A stretch of DNA of 64,000 nucleotides from positions 40,672,001 to 40,736,000 of the forward strand of contig NC_043010.1 of assembly GCF_006345805.1 (NCBI RefSeq). The letters are read 5' to 3'. A program made the translations under genes and the position numbers. This DNA comes from Octopus sinensis. Its lineage: Eukaryota. Each line of letters begins with the position of its first letter. The stretch's first letter is position 1. This document shows, piece by piece, positions 1 to 14,065 of this stretch. The notes beneath the pieces were generated by a model. It made no database searches. It was not told the DNA's origin and was given only the letters and a program-made list of their open reading frames with translations.

Positions 1-75
1 AGAATTTAAAATATTCTCATCATTCGTTCATTGATATCGCTCATCATATTCATCACAGTTGTTCACGGAAAAATT

Positions 76-572
76 TTGGGTTGTCCGGAAAGTTCGTGCT
101 GATTTATACCAGCTTACCTTTCGACTTCTTTTAGAACATGTTTGAGTCCATAAAATAGGATCTGACTACACCTTCATTTAGAGTACAGTTTAAGCTATCT
201 TTTCGTGGAAGAAGGTTTATGTTCCTATAACCTGTGTTAATTCTGTAACCCTTTAAAATGTAAGATAAGAAAGTTCATTTTCGGCACTTGATGCTTTGGG
301 AACCAGACAAAAAAATGCTGCAGCTCGGCTGGGATGTGTTACCCCACCCTCCATATTCACCAGATATTGCTCCTTCGGATTTCCACTTATTCAGGTCTCT
401 GCAGAATAGTCTTAATGGCAAACATTTCAATTCCTTGGATGACGTAAAAAGATACCTTGATAAATTCTCTGCCATGAAACCACCTCAATTCTGGGAAGAG
501 GGTATTTTCAATTTAAAGGAAAGATGGAGAGGCATTGTGCAACATTGTGCCCCTGCGTTTACTATGTTATAA
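76..572 (+). mobile_element. Internally deleted mariner element with C-terminal transposase fragment
   Basis: Mariner-like TIR ttgggttgtccggaaagttcgtg at ~76. ORF 288-572 contains LGWDVLPHPPYSPDIAPSDFHLFRSLQNSL, the mariner YSPDLAPSD motif with the third catalytic Asp. Confidence 0.85.
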
Positions 573-716
573 TTTACCAGATAATGACAGGTGTAACTTC
601 ATTCTAGCTAGAGTATGACTTGATCAAAATATATTATGAATCTCTACTTTGGTACTGAATACTTTTTCTTTCGGCAGTTAACATTATATACATATATGCA
701 TACATACTTACACACG

Positions 717-762
<46 letters not shown>

Positions 763-774
763 TATATATATATA

Positions 775-1020
775 TAGTAAATCCCCCACACACACACACG
801 AAATAAAGAAGACCAAACACAACAAGAAAAAAAACAACAACGCGAGGACGTGGTGCATGCAAAGTATTAACAGATGCTCAGGAAAGGAGAGAAAGGTAGG
901 CTTTTTCACGTTTCGAGTAAAGCTGGTCGTCAGAAACAGGAGACGGAGGGAAGTCTAAGAGAGGAAAAAGGAGAAAAAATCCCCAACGATTCACATGTTG
1001 TTACATTTTGAAAACGCTTT
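775..1020 (-). mobile_element. Penelope-like terminal fragment with degenerate hammerhead core
   Basis: Reverse complement resembles 1860-2000. The minus strand at 903-936 reads ttt CTGACGA ccagctttactc GAAAC GTG aaaa. Confidence 0.45.
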
Positions 1021-1458
1021 CGCCTGTACATTTAACAAGTTATCCATCAGACAAGTGATAACTTCATTTGCCAGAGGATGACGGGTGAAACTCCATTCTA
1101 GCTATAGTCTGCCTTGGTGAAAATATATTATATATATAATCAGACGTGTCCTGTCTTGCCTTCGAAACACGCTATGTCTGGTAGCGACAGCCGATGAAGT
1201 GGATTTTTCCTTGTGCAGCATGTCCTGTACTTCGTTTTTCTGCTGTACATAATTGTTTTTCCCGTTTTCGTTTTCGTCTTGTTCCACGTCTCTGTCCTTC
1301 TGTTGTAACAAAATGGCTTTTCCGTTTTCGTTTCTGTTGATTTTTACGTCTTCTTGTGGTGTCCTGTACGTATATATATTTATATATGCTTGTATATATA
1401 CATGTAGATGTCGGTACGTACATATATGTTTGTATGTATGCATATATTTTATTTATTA

Positions 1459-1493
<35 letters not shown>

Positions 1494-1524
1494 CTAAACT
1501 GGCAATATGACCATTCCGAAATAT

Positions 1525-1592
<68 letters not shown>

Positions 1593-1729
1593 TATATATA
1601 TATTATCATTACTTTCTTTATACTTTCTAAACTTTCCTGTATTTTCTGGGCTTTCCTTTTGTCGTCTCTTCCTACTCTGGATGTCCTTACTCTGTTGTCT
1701 CTTATACACACACGCACCTTCGTGTTGGG

Positions 1730-2005
1730 GGTCATCTTTACTTTGTTATCACCCCTACTTCTTCGCTCTCTTGTGTGATCCTTCTGTCCGAAGTCAGTCG
1801 CCATGATAGATCGTTAGCCACTACATACATTTTTTTCTCTCCTTGTTTTTTTTCTGTGTCCCTTTCTGAAGAAGAGCGTAGGCTCGAAACGTAAAAAAAA
1901 CTGTTTCTGTTTCTGAGCGTTATACTAATACATCTGTTTGTTTTGTACACCACCTGTCTTCGTCTTTTGTTGTTGTTTTTTTTCGTAAACTCCCCCTATA
2001 CATAT
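1730..2005 (+). mobile_element. Penelope-like terminal fragment with minimal hammerhead
   Basis: CTGAAGA (1866-1872), stem II gagc-gtag-gctc, GAAAC-GTA, ttt/aaa stem I. Abuts (TA)n. Confidence 0.5.
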
Positions 2006-2427
2006 ATATATAGTTTCATACGTTACGCAATCAGCAGGTTTCTGTAGTGACAGTCTTGTTCCACAATTGACTACTGTTGTTAATTGTGGAACACGACGGC
2101 AACTACATAAATGTGATGACTGAGTAACGCAAGGATGTACTAGTTTATTTCAATATAAAAAAAGTCGCAAAACTGTAAAAGTGTTAAAAATATTCAAATA
2201 ACGAAACGTGAAAATCAGACTAATTTAGAACTTCATTGACTAATATATTCCTCTATACACAATCATGCACTCTCGGATATACGTTGACGGTTGTCTGGAA
2301 GATTCTGTTTTACAATTCTGTTGACATCGACTCTCTCAAACTCATTGTTGATGTGGCAGTTACTAAAGATGATAAATTTCTCAGTTGCATGTTTTTCTTT
2401 CATGTTTAGTCATGTATTACTTGCTTT

Positions 2428-2752
2428 GGTGAAGGCGCGTGGCTTAGTGGTTAAGGGCATTCAGCTCATGGTTGTAAGGTTGTGAGTTCAATTCCCGGCG
2501 GCGCGTTGTGTCCTTGAGCAAGACACTTTATTTCACATTACTTCCATCCACTCAGCTGGCAAAAATGAGTAGTACCTGTATTTCAAAGGACCAGCCCTGT
2601 CACACACTGTGTCACGCTGAATCTCCCCGAGAACTACGTTAAGGGTATACGTGTTTGTGGAGTGCTCAGCCACTTACACCTTAATTTCACGAGCAAGCTG
2701 TTTCCGTTCATCGTATCAGCTGGGACCCTCGTCGTCGCAACCGACGGAGTGT
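2428..2752 (+). mobile_element. tRNA-derived SINE (family A, tail ...gtcgtcgcaaccgacggagtg)
   Basis: tRNA-like A/B boxes (ggcttagtggttaag; gagttcaattcc) and central ccttgagcaagacact motif. Homologous copies at ~50160-50480 and ~57885-58265. Confidence 0.85.
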
Positions 2753-3311
2753 TCCTATACTTGCTTTGGTACTTCGCCGGTATTGCAAAGGCGTATGCAT
2801 ATATTTACTTGCGGCTTTTGCCCTTAAAGTTTATTCAGCAAGAAGAAACAGGACCCCTCATTGGAATTTAAGTAGTGACAGAAATATAATTGGATAGTGA
2901 ATCTTAAAAAACTGTTTTGCATATTTTCTGCCTATTTCTTAATTTGAAACGCTCGAAATCTCTTGACTTTTACTTATTGAATTACTAAATTTCAAATTAT
3001 GGCCTACGCAATGTTACTTTCCATAACCGCTATACGTAATAGAGAATCTGCAACTTTTGTAGATATATAATTGACACGTTTCTGAGGAACATAACCATAC
3101 GTAATTTACGTTGGTGCTGAGATTTTGTCCTCCAGGTTTTGATTATTTGTGAGATACTGTTCTTATCCCATTTGATCAATTGGTAAGAATATTCGATTGT
3201 TTGGACTTTACTTTAGCAGAGGCAGCTTATAAGATTTCAAAGACTGTCTGAGCTGACAAGAAGCCTCCTCTCACACTCTTTGTCCCTTTCGCTCTCTCTT
3301 TCATTCTTTCT

Positions 3312-3354
<43 letters not shown>

Positions 3355-3699
3355 GAATATGTCTGCTGATATCAATATTTCTATAGCAATATCCAGCTGA
3401 TACCAGAATTTTACAGGTTTTAATATCAAAGGAGAGGACTTTCTCAGTTGTTAAGTTTCCAAAATCCTGATTCCAAAACTGATATAAAAAAAACTATCAT
3501 TGGATATTTTCTTTATGTAAGACTAAAGATCTGACCTTTTATGTCTGACATCATGTTTCCTTGATCATTTGATATTTGTTCACAGTGCGTTTTCATCAAT
3601 ATCTAAGTATGTGTAGCACTCCTAGGGAGGATCAGGAGGGATCTCTGATGTCACACTGTTTTTCTTTTTTTTTTCACTTTAATGTCGTTTTTCTACTCA

Positions 3700-5560
3700 C
3701 ATTCAGCTATCGATTATGAACATCTACATTCGCTAAACTCCACCCATATCGTACTTGAAATGATAATTAAATCGAGTTTCATTCAAAATATTGTCAGTGT
3801 AGATCATGAGATCGTCATCAAACAAATAGATATATACTCGTGGGTCTTTCATTTGCCGTCTCTAGCATTAGACTTCTTCTAAACTTTCAATCGCAGCACA
3901 TAAAGCAGCAGTAATATTCGGTTATATTTGCTAAATGAAATTAATCCGGCAACTATGGACAGAGAACAGAATCGTAATGCTTTTGGGATTGTTTATACAA
4001 ATTTTCTGCCTATACTTCTTTTGAATTGGATACGTTAATGTCAGAGTGTTTAATGCAAACATTATGTATATGCTAGCTAGAAATAACGAAATACTAAAGT
4101 TATTCCACGTCATCAAAGTCCGTCCTTTCTTTCATCTGCCAAGTCATTACACATTTCCTTGCTGAAAACAAAATATTCCCGGAAGAAATTATTTGAGAAG
4201 ATTCTTCAAGGTTTATCACCTATGTTTAGGCAAACCTATAGTTTTCTGCGAAATCATTTGTTTTATTCTTGGCTAAAAGATTTGGTAGGCAATTTCTGTA
4301 TGTCAATTTGACATTCTGTAGTAATTTTAAACCTACCCATGAAAGCATTCAAGAAAATGTTACAGCTGTACTTCTCTCCTAATATTAAATCTCTTGCTAA
4401 CATCTAATTATGCAGCTTTAACACAGTAAAGGAGAGAAAAATGCATCGGGTCGCAGCAGTATTTCCTTTTGATTATATTCCACCATTACGATTCACAATC
4501 GTTCTTTTCATTCTAGATCTTACACAAAAATGTCTCAAGCCCTTAAGAGGTAGCTTGTTGTGCAAGGATATTGTGTTTATATTCATTGAGATTCTGATTA
4601 CTCTCTTCCAATTGCTGAGTTTCCCCAGATGTTTATTAAATATTATTGATTAATAAAGTTTATTAAGTAATAAAGGTTATTAATTGCCTCTTCAAGGATA
4701 TGGAGTGTTGAACCTACCAACATTTTAGTATTTTGTTTCTTTACATACGATGGAGAACATTATTTTTCTGAACACCTTAATATACTGTCAACAAGTCCGA
4801 TCGGTAGTACCCAGCAATTAATGTTTTCCCCTAATTTTCTTATCAACTTCAGTGATATATTATGGATAGTTTCATTACCAGGTACACTGCGTCTCTCTTT
4901 TAGGTGTTGCTTAACAAGATCATCGTCCGTATATAGAGAGACAAATAGTCCTCACAATCTCTGACGATTTCACTATTAACTTTTAAATTGAAAGTGACTG
5001 TTCTATTCTATTTTATATATTTTTATCTCATCTAAATTGTATGTTGTCTAAAGAAAGTTTCAGAAAGTTTCAAGAATATAAAAACATGCTGAAATTGCTA
5101 AAATGTGTCCAACTTATTGAATATTCTACAGTCATCTTCGTCCGATTGATTTTATACAAACGTATATGTGTATTGCTCAATAGTGGCGATTGAACACGAG
5201 AAAGATGGTGGTTTGTTTAGATTTTTATTGCTGACTTCTATGACAGATTTCGGTGCTGTTGAATATATTGAACAAAACTGTAGAACAACAAATGCTATCT
5301 GTGACAATTTTGAAAGATTTCTGTTTCCAAAGTTACTTAGATTTTGGAGTTATATAAGTTTGGCATCACTTCCGCCAAATAATTGTTTTAAACCGCTTTC
5401 TTTAGACGATAGAATTTTTCACACCATTGCTGATATTAGTGGAATAATTCTTTATTGAAATATAAATTCCAAGTGATATGAAGAGAAAATATACCGCCTT
5501 ACTTCACAATTTTGCTGGTAATGCTGGTGTTAGTTTTATTACGATCACCAGTGCCAGCCA
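3700..5560 (-). pseudogene. Heavily decayed coding-like relic, possibly a P-element/THAP9-type transposase
   Basis: Non-repetitive stretch with many stops. Manual minus-strand translation gives CCDPMHF (DxxH-like) followed by EIAYQIF(S), reminiscent of the P-superfamily KMxVxxAxQxFS motif. Confidence 0.25.
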
Positions 5561-6084
5561 TAATCAGCGAAGCGTAGGGTAAAGTGATTTACATAATCCA
5601 GTCTGAAAACTGCTAAATTGTTTAGTAAAAGTTGTTTCTCTTATATAACAGGGAAAACATGTAAGCTGATTTAACATTGTAAGGTTATGTAACAAAAGAG
5701 TATATGCTTTACATTACATTTCTACTTACTAAACAAAATGCTGTGAATACATAATTAATCAATTATTTCATGATTGGTTAATTAATTATTTAACCCGATT
5801 GAGAGTGCATGTGCTGTTATACAAATTAGATTGGCCTGCTTAGCTTTGTATCCGAGTTTGTATACATTATAAATGCACGTAAAGCACTAATCTCTCCGTA
5901 TAAACATGTACGTATTATTTCTCTGATGTATCTCCTGCAAGATTAGAAACTCAGCAGAATAATGCCACATTTTCTGACCAAGCAAAGACTGGCAAAAATC
6001 AAATTGCTTACTTTCTATAATATGGTTTCAATTCTTTTCTACAATATTCTCGGATCGGAAAAATTGTTTCAGACTTTATCCGTT

Positions 6085-6300
6085 TTGTCTGTCCTTCTTT
6101 GTCCTCTCTTTGTTTAGCCCCTTGTGGGTAGTAAAGAAATATGTATTTCCTCTGTCGTTATGTTCTAAGTTCAAATTCCGCAGAGGTCGACTTTGCCTTT
6201 CATTCTTTCGAGGTCGGGGTTGCGTAGTGGGATCGATCTACTCAACCGGACCCTCCCAGAAATTTCGGGCCTTGTGCCTAGAGTAGAAAAGAATATTAAT
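6085..6300 (+). mobile_element. SINE family B fragment (tail followed by 5'-truncated body)
   Basis: Tail gtttagccccttgtgggtagtaaagaaat joined to gtatttc...gttcaaattccgcagaggtcgactttgcctttcat, the family-B body. Confidence 0.8.
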
Positions 6301-7079
6301 CTTCTATTACTGGTTAATCATATTAAAACAGATTTAACACATATTCTACATATCTCCTGCAACGCTGTGGTAAGAAACAGTCAAATACCAGCATGGAGTT
6401 ATTCTACAACAACGATTTTCTAAATACTATGATTCCATGTGGAAATCTGAAAACAAAAACATTATGCATATATTCCAAACGATTTAGCTTATATTGTTTA
6501 AATGCTACTTCTTTTACAGAGCCTCAAAATTGTGAAAAGCAATGTCGTATTTCGCCGAATTCGAACTTGGGTTATGAAAATGATTCGCAAATTCTCATCA
6601 TTATTGATTACTTACATATAAATACTAATTCATAATATAGACACAAAACGGGAACTATTGGTGAATAATATAATCAAATCAATCAACTTCAATGCTTTAA
6701 TGTTTCTACTTTTATCAACAATGGAGCGATCGGAACTAGGCAGCATTTGAACTTAGAACACATTGGGTCTTAACTAAATTCCTACCCATTTGTTTTTTAA
6801 CCGCGGCGCTACTGAATGTGACACTCACCACCATGACACTGAGATGTAAGTAATAAAATATAAATTATAATGCTATAACTTTATTTATTGATTTTATTAG
6901 TCTTTTCAGTATAAAAGACTTTCATATACTCTGATGCTTTTCATCAAAGTAAGAGACAAACGATTTTCTCCAACCATTATTTCTTTTCGCTTTACATGAT
7001 GCGAGCCTCTTTCTCATTCGCATTCTAGTGTGTAATGTGTACATATATATATATCTATATCTATATCTATATCTATATA

Positions 7080-7112
<33 letters not shown>

Positions 7113-7158
7113 GATATATATATATATATATAATATATATATATATATATGTATATAT

Positions 7159-7225
<67 letters not shown>

Positions 7226-7243
7226 GTATATATATATATAATA

Positions 7244-7294
<51 letters not shown>

Positions 7295-7409
7295 ATATTA
7301 TATATATATATATACGTATATATTAGTTATAATGTAAAAGACTGAAGTACAGTATCAACACACAACCGCGTGCATATAATACGCACATAAGCATACATAT
7401 CTACCTACT

Positions 7410-7488
<79 letters not shown>

Positions 7489-7894
7489 GTATATATATTC
7501 GTCAGTAAGCTTCTGTATGCTTGTATTTGTCTCAATGTGTATATATGTATGCATGTATGGATGCATATATATATCTATGTATGTACATAAATACATAAAT
7601 GAGAGATACCAAAATGTGTAAAGTACTGGTGACATTTCATTCGATTGCCAGAATATTTATATTCATGAGATGTTAATAAGAAACAAGATATGAAATAAGA
7701 AAAAAAAAACGATAATTTGAAAGCAGAAACAGGTTTCATGTATTTTATTCTGTGTAGAATCATTGGATTGCAGCCATATTGCGTTGCTACAATCAAGGTT
7801 AGTTGTCGAATGTAACAAACCCGAAATATACTGCTAATTACAATAAATTTCATTGATCTCTATTTATCAAATCGCAAATTACTTTATTGATATA

Positions 7895-8083
7895 CTGTAT
7901 TTTAACCTGTATAAGAAACCTTCGGGTATAACGGGTATAAGGAAGCCCCTAATTTTGGGGGTTTAAAATTTGGGAAAACGTTTTTGTAAGGGAGTATAAT
8001 AATATCCATGTATAAGAAACGCCCATACATTTTTTAACCTAATATTTGACAAAAAAGGGTTCCTTATACACGTTAAAATACGA
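7895..8083. mobile_element. Tc2/pogo-like MITE, ~190 bp
   Basis: Terminal inverted repeats ctgtattttaacctgtataagaaacc / ggttccttatacacgttaaaatacga, flanked by TA on both sides. Confidence 0.7.
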
Positions 8084-8334
8084 TAATTCGTTCTATTTAT
8101 TTCTTTTTTTTTGTGTAGGCCGTGCTGATGAGATTGTGAGTTTGGTTTTCTGGAAGAGACTGTGCATATGGCTTTTGTAGCTAATCCGTACCGTATAAGG
8201 TGATCGCAACTAATTCTCTTGTAGAACAGTTATAGTTTAAGAAGAGGGATAAAAACAAACCTGATCAATTATAGAATTCATGTGGTATGGTATTGACGAT
8301 GTAAGGGCTACGAATAATAGTCGTCTCCAGCTCG

Positions 8335-8371
<37 letters not shown>

Positions 8372-8578
8372 TATATATATATATAGATATATATATATTA
8401 TATATATATATTTATGTATGTATGTATGTATGTATGTATGTATGTATGTATATATATATATATACAAAGGTTGCACAAAATAATGGAAACCCCTTAAAAT
8501 TTCAAACAAATTAATTTTAATATGGAGTAGGACCAACTTTGTGTGTGCGTGTGTGTTTGTGTGTGTGTGTGTGTGTAA

Positions 8579-8612
<34 letters not shown>

Positions 8613-8776
8613 CGACGGGCTTGTCTCAGTTTCCAACTACCAAATCCACTCACAAGGCTTTGGTCGGCCTGAGGCTATAGTAGAAGTCACTTTCCCAAGG
8701 TGCCTCGCAGTGGGACTGAACCCGGAACCACGTTGTTGGGAGGCAAGCCTCTTACCCCACAGCCACTCCTGCACCT
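8613..8776 (-). mobile_element. tRNA-derived SINE family C (5' part)
   Basis: Reverse complement matches the head of 32704-33105 (gcaggagtggctgtg...gttcagtcccactgc...ccttggg.aagtg). Confidence 0.85.
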
Positions 8777-9626
8777 AAAAAGTAAGTAATACTTGTATAT
8801 GCCATATTACGGGGGTTGTTGCCCCTTCAGCACTCATCTAGCCCATATACATAAGTTAATAAAAGAAGTTAATAAAAGAAAATGAAGCAATATAGTGGAT
8901 ATTTAGTTAATTTTTTTTTGTATCACGATTGATAAAAGTAATACATATAAGATTTGAGATTTAAAGGAATAGAATCAGCAAAAGAAATAAAAGTAAAAGG
9001 ATCCTACATATGTTTCGATCCGGTCATTTGTTTCAGATCGCCACCATTCAAGCTATGTTAGATGTAAAATCATCGTACAGTACGTCCGAACAACATCAGG
9101 TTGAGTGTTTACTTTCTAGTGGTGAGCAACGAAATAACTAACTTGAAGACCTCATTTTCAAATATTCAAATAACGTAAACAATAATTTACTAGGACGCCG
9201 AGGTCGTGTGGAGAGATATTATTTAATGACATTTTGCTAATATACTATAATGTATTTGAAAATTAGACTTATAAGTGTTAAAGGACATAAAGTAGTCGTT
9301 TAATTAGAATTGAGAGCTGAAATTGATTTTTGAGGGGGCAAAACATAAGCATGAATGATTAGGGAAATAAAAGAGAAAAATAATTCTATATCATATAGTG
9401 AAATAACCATTAATTATTTAGCATTTCAATGCACTCACATATTCTATTCTTCAGTGGGAATTCATTGTTTACATACTTACGAGAGGTATTTAAATATTTA
9501 TGCGAAACAATTTAGGGTATAGAGAGAAAAGTAAATTTTATGAGGCGGGAAAAATAACGAAATGTGAGAAAATTGAGAGAAGAAACACACGTAATATTTT
9601 TTGTGGTGTATACGATACAAATAAGA

Positions 9627-9948
9627 TCTTCTATATATATAAACGGCAGTTTGTCTGTCTGTGTGTCTGTCAGGTTGTACCCTCACCCTGACCACGGCTT
9701 TTAACCGATTCTGATGAAACTTGACACATACATAGCCCAATGTCATAATTCAAAACTAACGCAGCGAAAATTTTGAAAATTTCCCCCAGTTCTGAAAAAA
9801 TCGATAAATTCGACATGGGATCGAGAATCTAAGCTTTTTATATGCATTCTTAATGCATTTTTTTGCTATCTTTTGGCTATAACTCTCTAAAAATGCTTAT
9901 ATAGTTATTTCCCTTACAAACTCGAGCAACGCCGGGCGACACTGCTAG
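9627..9948 (+). mobile_element. Non-autonomous Helitron
   Basis: 5' TC start (a|tcttctatatatataaa), subterminal hairpin ctcgagcaacgccggg and 3' CTAG|t, inserted between A and T. A second copy lies at 27849. Confidence 0.8.
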
Positions 9949-9949
9949 T

Positions 9950-11200
9950 TAAAGAATAAAAGAGAAAAAAGGAGAAAAGTTATTTTATATCGTATATTAC
10001 GGTATTATTATAGAATGTATTTCGGAGAAAAGTTATAATAATTATTATTATTTAGTATTTCAATGGGCTAAGTAATACCTTCCATTGCTCAAAGAAAAAG
10101 TATTAGGTATATAAAAAATTATATACTTGTGAGAAAATTTACATTTTTAGGCGAAAATGTTTTTAAAATGTGTGGTAATTTTTATAATCCGTTAGATTTC
10201 TAAAGTATTATTGTAATAACTAGTAATCTCCCTGTGTTCGTGTGGTTAAACTTTTTCCCCAGGGTTTTATTATGATAAAAAATTATCATTTGTTTTACTA
10301 GAGAATTATAATTATAACATTTATGAATAATGTGGATATATACATACACACGTAAAGTTTTTCAGGTGCATAGGTAGATAGATTAACAGTTTTGACAGTT
10401 TCTGATGCTGGTGTATAAGATTTTAGAAAATAAAAGATAAGTCCTAGTATTAGCATTTTCTAAAACAATAGGTGATATGTGGAAATAAATATAAATAGGG
10501 GTTTATTGAGTATATTACCGAAAAGAAAAGGGTAATTATAATGGTATTTAAAAGTGGAATTTGTGTATATTCCGTTTAACAATGAAATAAATATTATAGA
10601 TTATTGTATAAAGTTGGGATAAGTTGGTGTCAGAGTTTTTGTATATTATAATTTAAAATTTGAGAGATATATGGAATAAATTTAAACTAATATTATGATA
10701 TTAAGTATATCTTCTATGCCTGCTAATATCATGGGTTTAAAATGTGAGTAATATGAGTATCCTTAATATAGAAAAGTATAAGTGGTGGATTATTGATTAT
10801 GCTGTGGAGAACTAATACATAATTTATAATATCAATGTTGGTATATATATTGATATGGAATAAATAAATACTGCAATTGACCAAAGAAAGTATATTATAG
10901 ATTATTACATTGAGTTAAGAATAAATTGATAATAGAGTTTGGGATTAAGTCTTAGAGTTCAAATAAAAATTGAATATTAGTGAATTAAAATAATGGGAAT
11001 AACAATAGGGGCTATGGTGTTATATATGGAGTATAGTGGGATTAGCAATGAAGGAGATGTTATATATTATTGTATTATGATTAGATAAGTATGGGATTAA
11101 ATTTTAAGGTTCATAATAAAATTTAATATCAATGGGTAAATTAAGGGTTATGGGAATAAAAAATAAAAAATAATATGTGAATGTATGTATGAGTACACAA
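9950..11200 (-). mobile_element. Ancient decayed element, probably LINE ORF2 (CR1-like)
   Basis: Strong strand skew (+ strand G-rich, C-poor) and no intact ORF. Only faint CR1-like residue order in manual translation. Confidence 0.2.
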
Positions 11201-11270
11201 TTGACTGAAACTATCGTACTTGATGAACTTATAAATCTTAACTTACTACAGATTTCTCCATGAGCAGAAG

Positions 11271-11314
<44 letters not shown>

Positions 11315-13039
11315 TATATGGTCTCTGAAGGTAGTTCTAAATAGAATAGAAACTTGCTTCCATTCGTCCACTCTTTTCCTGTTCGCTGAGAAATTCGTTA
11401 CAAAAATGACAATAAGAGCTTTGTTTTTTTTTTAAATCTTGTACTGTTTCGGTAAAGGTGTACTCTGTGATATTATTAGTACAATATTAATGGTATAATC
11501 CTGAGTAAGAAATATACCATTAATAATGGCATAATTTGCTTTACCAAATTGCCAATATCTAATTTATAGGGATTTGGAACATTGATAGTTACAACTTAAC
11601 GATTTAACATATAGTCAACTTACATCTACCATTGTAATGCCACCGTGTCACAGTTTAGGATGTGGACAGGGTGTCTATGTCTGCTCGCGATAACACAAGC
11701 ATCCAAAGCAATTAACAAAAGCGTGATACATATTACCACCCCATAGTCGTTCGCGGATGACTGTTGGCTCTAAAATAACATCTACCCCTTTCCCTGATGA
11801 TAATATACTTTCTTATTACTATGAAACTGACAAAAGCAATGCCCTTGTTTAATTTTGACGTTCATATAATTTATATATATTTCTTTTAAATGCCTATAAA
11901 ACCTTTCCTCGCCGGTATGCTACATACACATATTTCATATTATAGAATATATCAATACGAATGGTAAGTAGCTAAAGTTTAAATTATAACCTGTAGTTAC
12001 GATTGTATATAAAGTTATAGTGATATTTGAGAAAGATATGAATATTACGGCTGGTGAAACGTTCAACGATTCTATCTATCTTTAATCGATTTTTCTGTAT
12101 GTGAAAACCATAACTTCTGTGTTAATTTCGTCGTAGCGATTTATATTAGTTTTCGTGTAATATCTTTACATAGACCTACAGTATGATTATCCTTGCAATT
12201 ACGTTTTCATACAAATTGTTGTCTCCTTGGAGAACGTGTAAAATCTGTTATGTTTCGTAATAGATATATCTTATTTGAGTTATTATTATATATTTTAAAA
12301 TCGTACTTAGCCCATTACACATACTCTGTTTCAAAATGCTGTAGGCCTTCAATCCGACTCAGTCATTTGCATGTTCTTATACTAAAGATGTTACTTGTCA
12401 AGATTCCGTTACATGTATTTTATAGATTATATTTCCCTCTGATTCGTTTAACAAAATCAAATTTAACACGATTTTTGTCCTTGGGTAGTAACTGTCATTT
12501 CCTAATTGCTTACCCATAGAAAGTATGAAAAATGGCTAAAATTTCCTTCAAACTTTGCCTTTATTACACTTATTCAAAGCTCAATGAATCCCTCTCAACG
12601 CATGGCTATGATTCTCCCCACTATTCCTACTCATGATCAGAGATGACGAATGTTTGTTATAACGATATTTCCGCTTCAGCAACTGAATCTATATGGAATA
12701 TAGGTCAGTTTGAAAGCTTTCAGTCCCAGGTCACAAAAGGAAAAAGTGGAAGGGAATAGTAGTCATTTACTTTGTTTTCTAGATAGAAACAAATAGGAAC
12801 TAACATTTATTGACTGAAGACAAAAAGAATTAAAATTTTGTTACACAGTGCAATCGGGTAATATATTTCCATCGAGTTAGTAACGGTATATTACCATTCG
12901 ATATGGGAAATATTGTAGTTGCATTGTTAAAATGATATGTATTGTCATAAAGAATACTTGATTATGAAGGAGTAGCTTAAAATTATATTTCATCAGTATA
13001 TTAAGCACACACATATGAAGTATATGCGGTGTATAAACA

Positions 13040-13484
13040 CATACATCTATGTATATATGAATATATATAATATGATATTATATATATATATATGATATTG
13101 TATATATATATATGATATTATATATATATATGCATATTTATATATATATATATATATATATAATAGAAGTATAAGATGCGGATTCCGATAATCATTGGTC
13201 ATCATAGAAAGCTTTCTTACGGTTTCTGCTAACAGTCAAGAGAGTAATCCAAGAAAAGTGTCCATAAAACCGAAATCCAGAAGATTCCATCGATGAAATT
13301 ATTCACGAGTTATACAAGCACATTATACATATACTTATATATATATATACATATATATATTATATACATATATATAATATATACATATATAATATATATA
13401 TTAATATATATATATATATTATAATATATATATATATATATATAATATATATTATATATACATTATATATATATAATACATATA

Positions 13485-13518
<34 letters not shown>

Positions 13519-13557
13519 CATATATATTATATACATATATATATATATATACATAAT

Positions 13558-13605
<48 letters not shown>

Positions 13606-13754
13606 CATTATATATATACATATATATATATAACATATATATACATATATATATATATACATATATATACATATCTATATATATATATATATACCATATA
13701 TATACATATATATATATATACATATATATACATATATATATATATATATACATA

Positions 13755-13837
<83 letters not shown>

Positions 13838-14065
13838 CATATATACATATATAATATATACATATATATATACATATATATATATATTACATATATATAT
13901 ATATATATTACATATATATATATATATATATACATAATATATATATACATATATACATATAATATATACATATATATATATACATATATATATACATATA
14001 TATATATATAATACATATATATATAATATATATATATTATATATATATATATATATAATATATAT
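13040..14065. repeat. ~1 kb degenerate (TA)n/(TACA) microsatellite
   Basis: Direct reading. Source of the spurious YIYI ORFs. Confidence 0.95.

Noticed and set aside
1160-1205. Possible type II hammerhead (GAAAC..GTC..CCGATGA)
   Set aside because: Stem I and stem II do not pair convincingly.
2428-2500. tRNA gene-like A/B boxes here and at other SINE heads
   Set aside because: There is no complete cloverleaf or acceptor stem, and each continues into a repeated SINE body.
9950-11200. Possible mitochondrial insertion (NUMT), suggested by AT richness and strand skew
   Set aside because: No recognisable mitochondrial protein, rRNA or tRNA in manual translation with the invertebrate mitochondrial code. 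Faint CR1-like motif order fits a decayed LINE better. BLASTN to the mitogenome would settle it.
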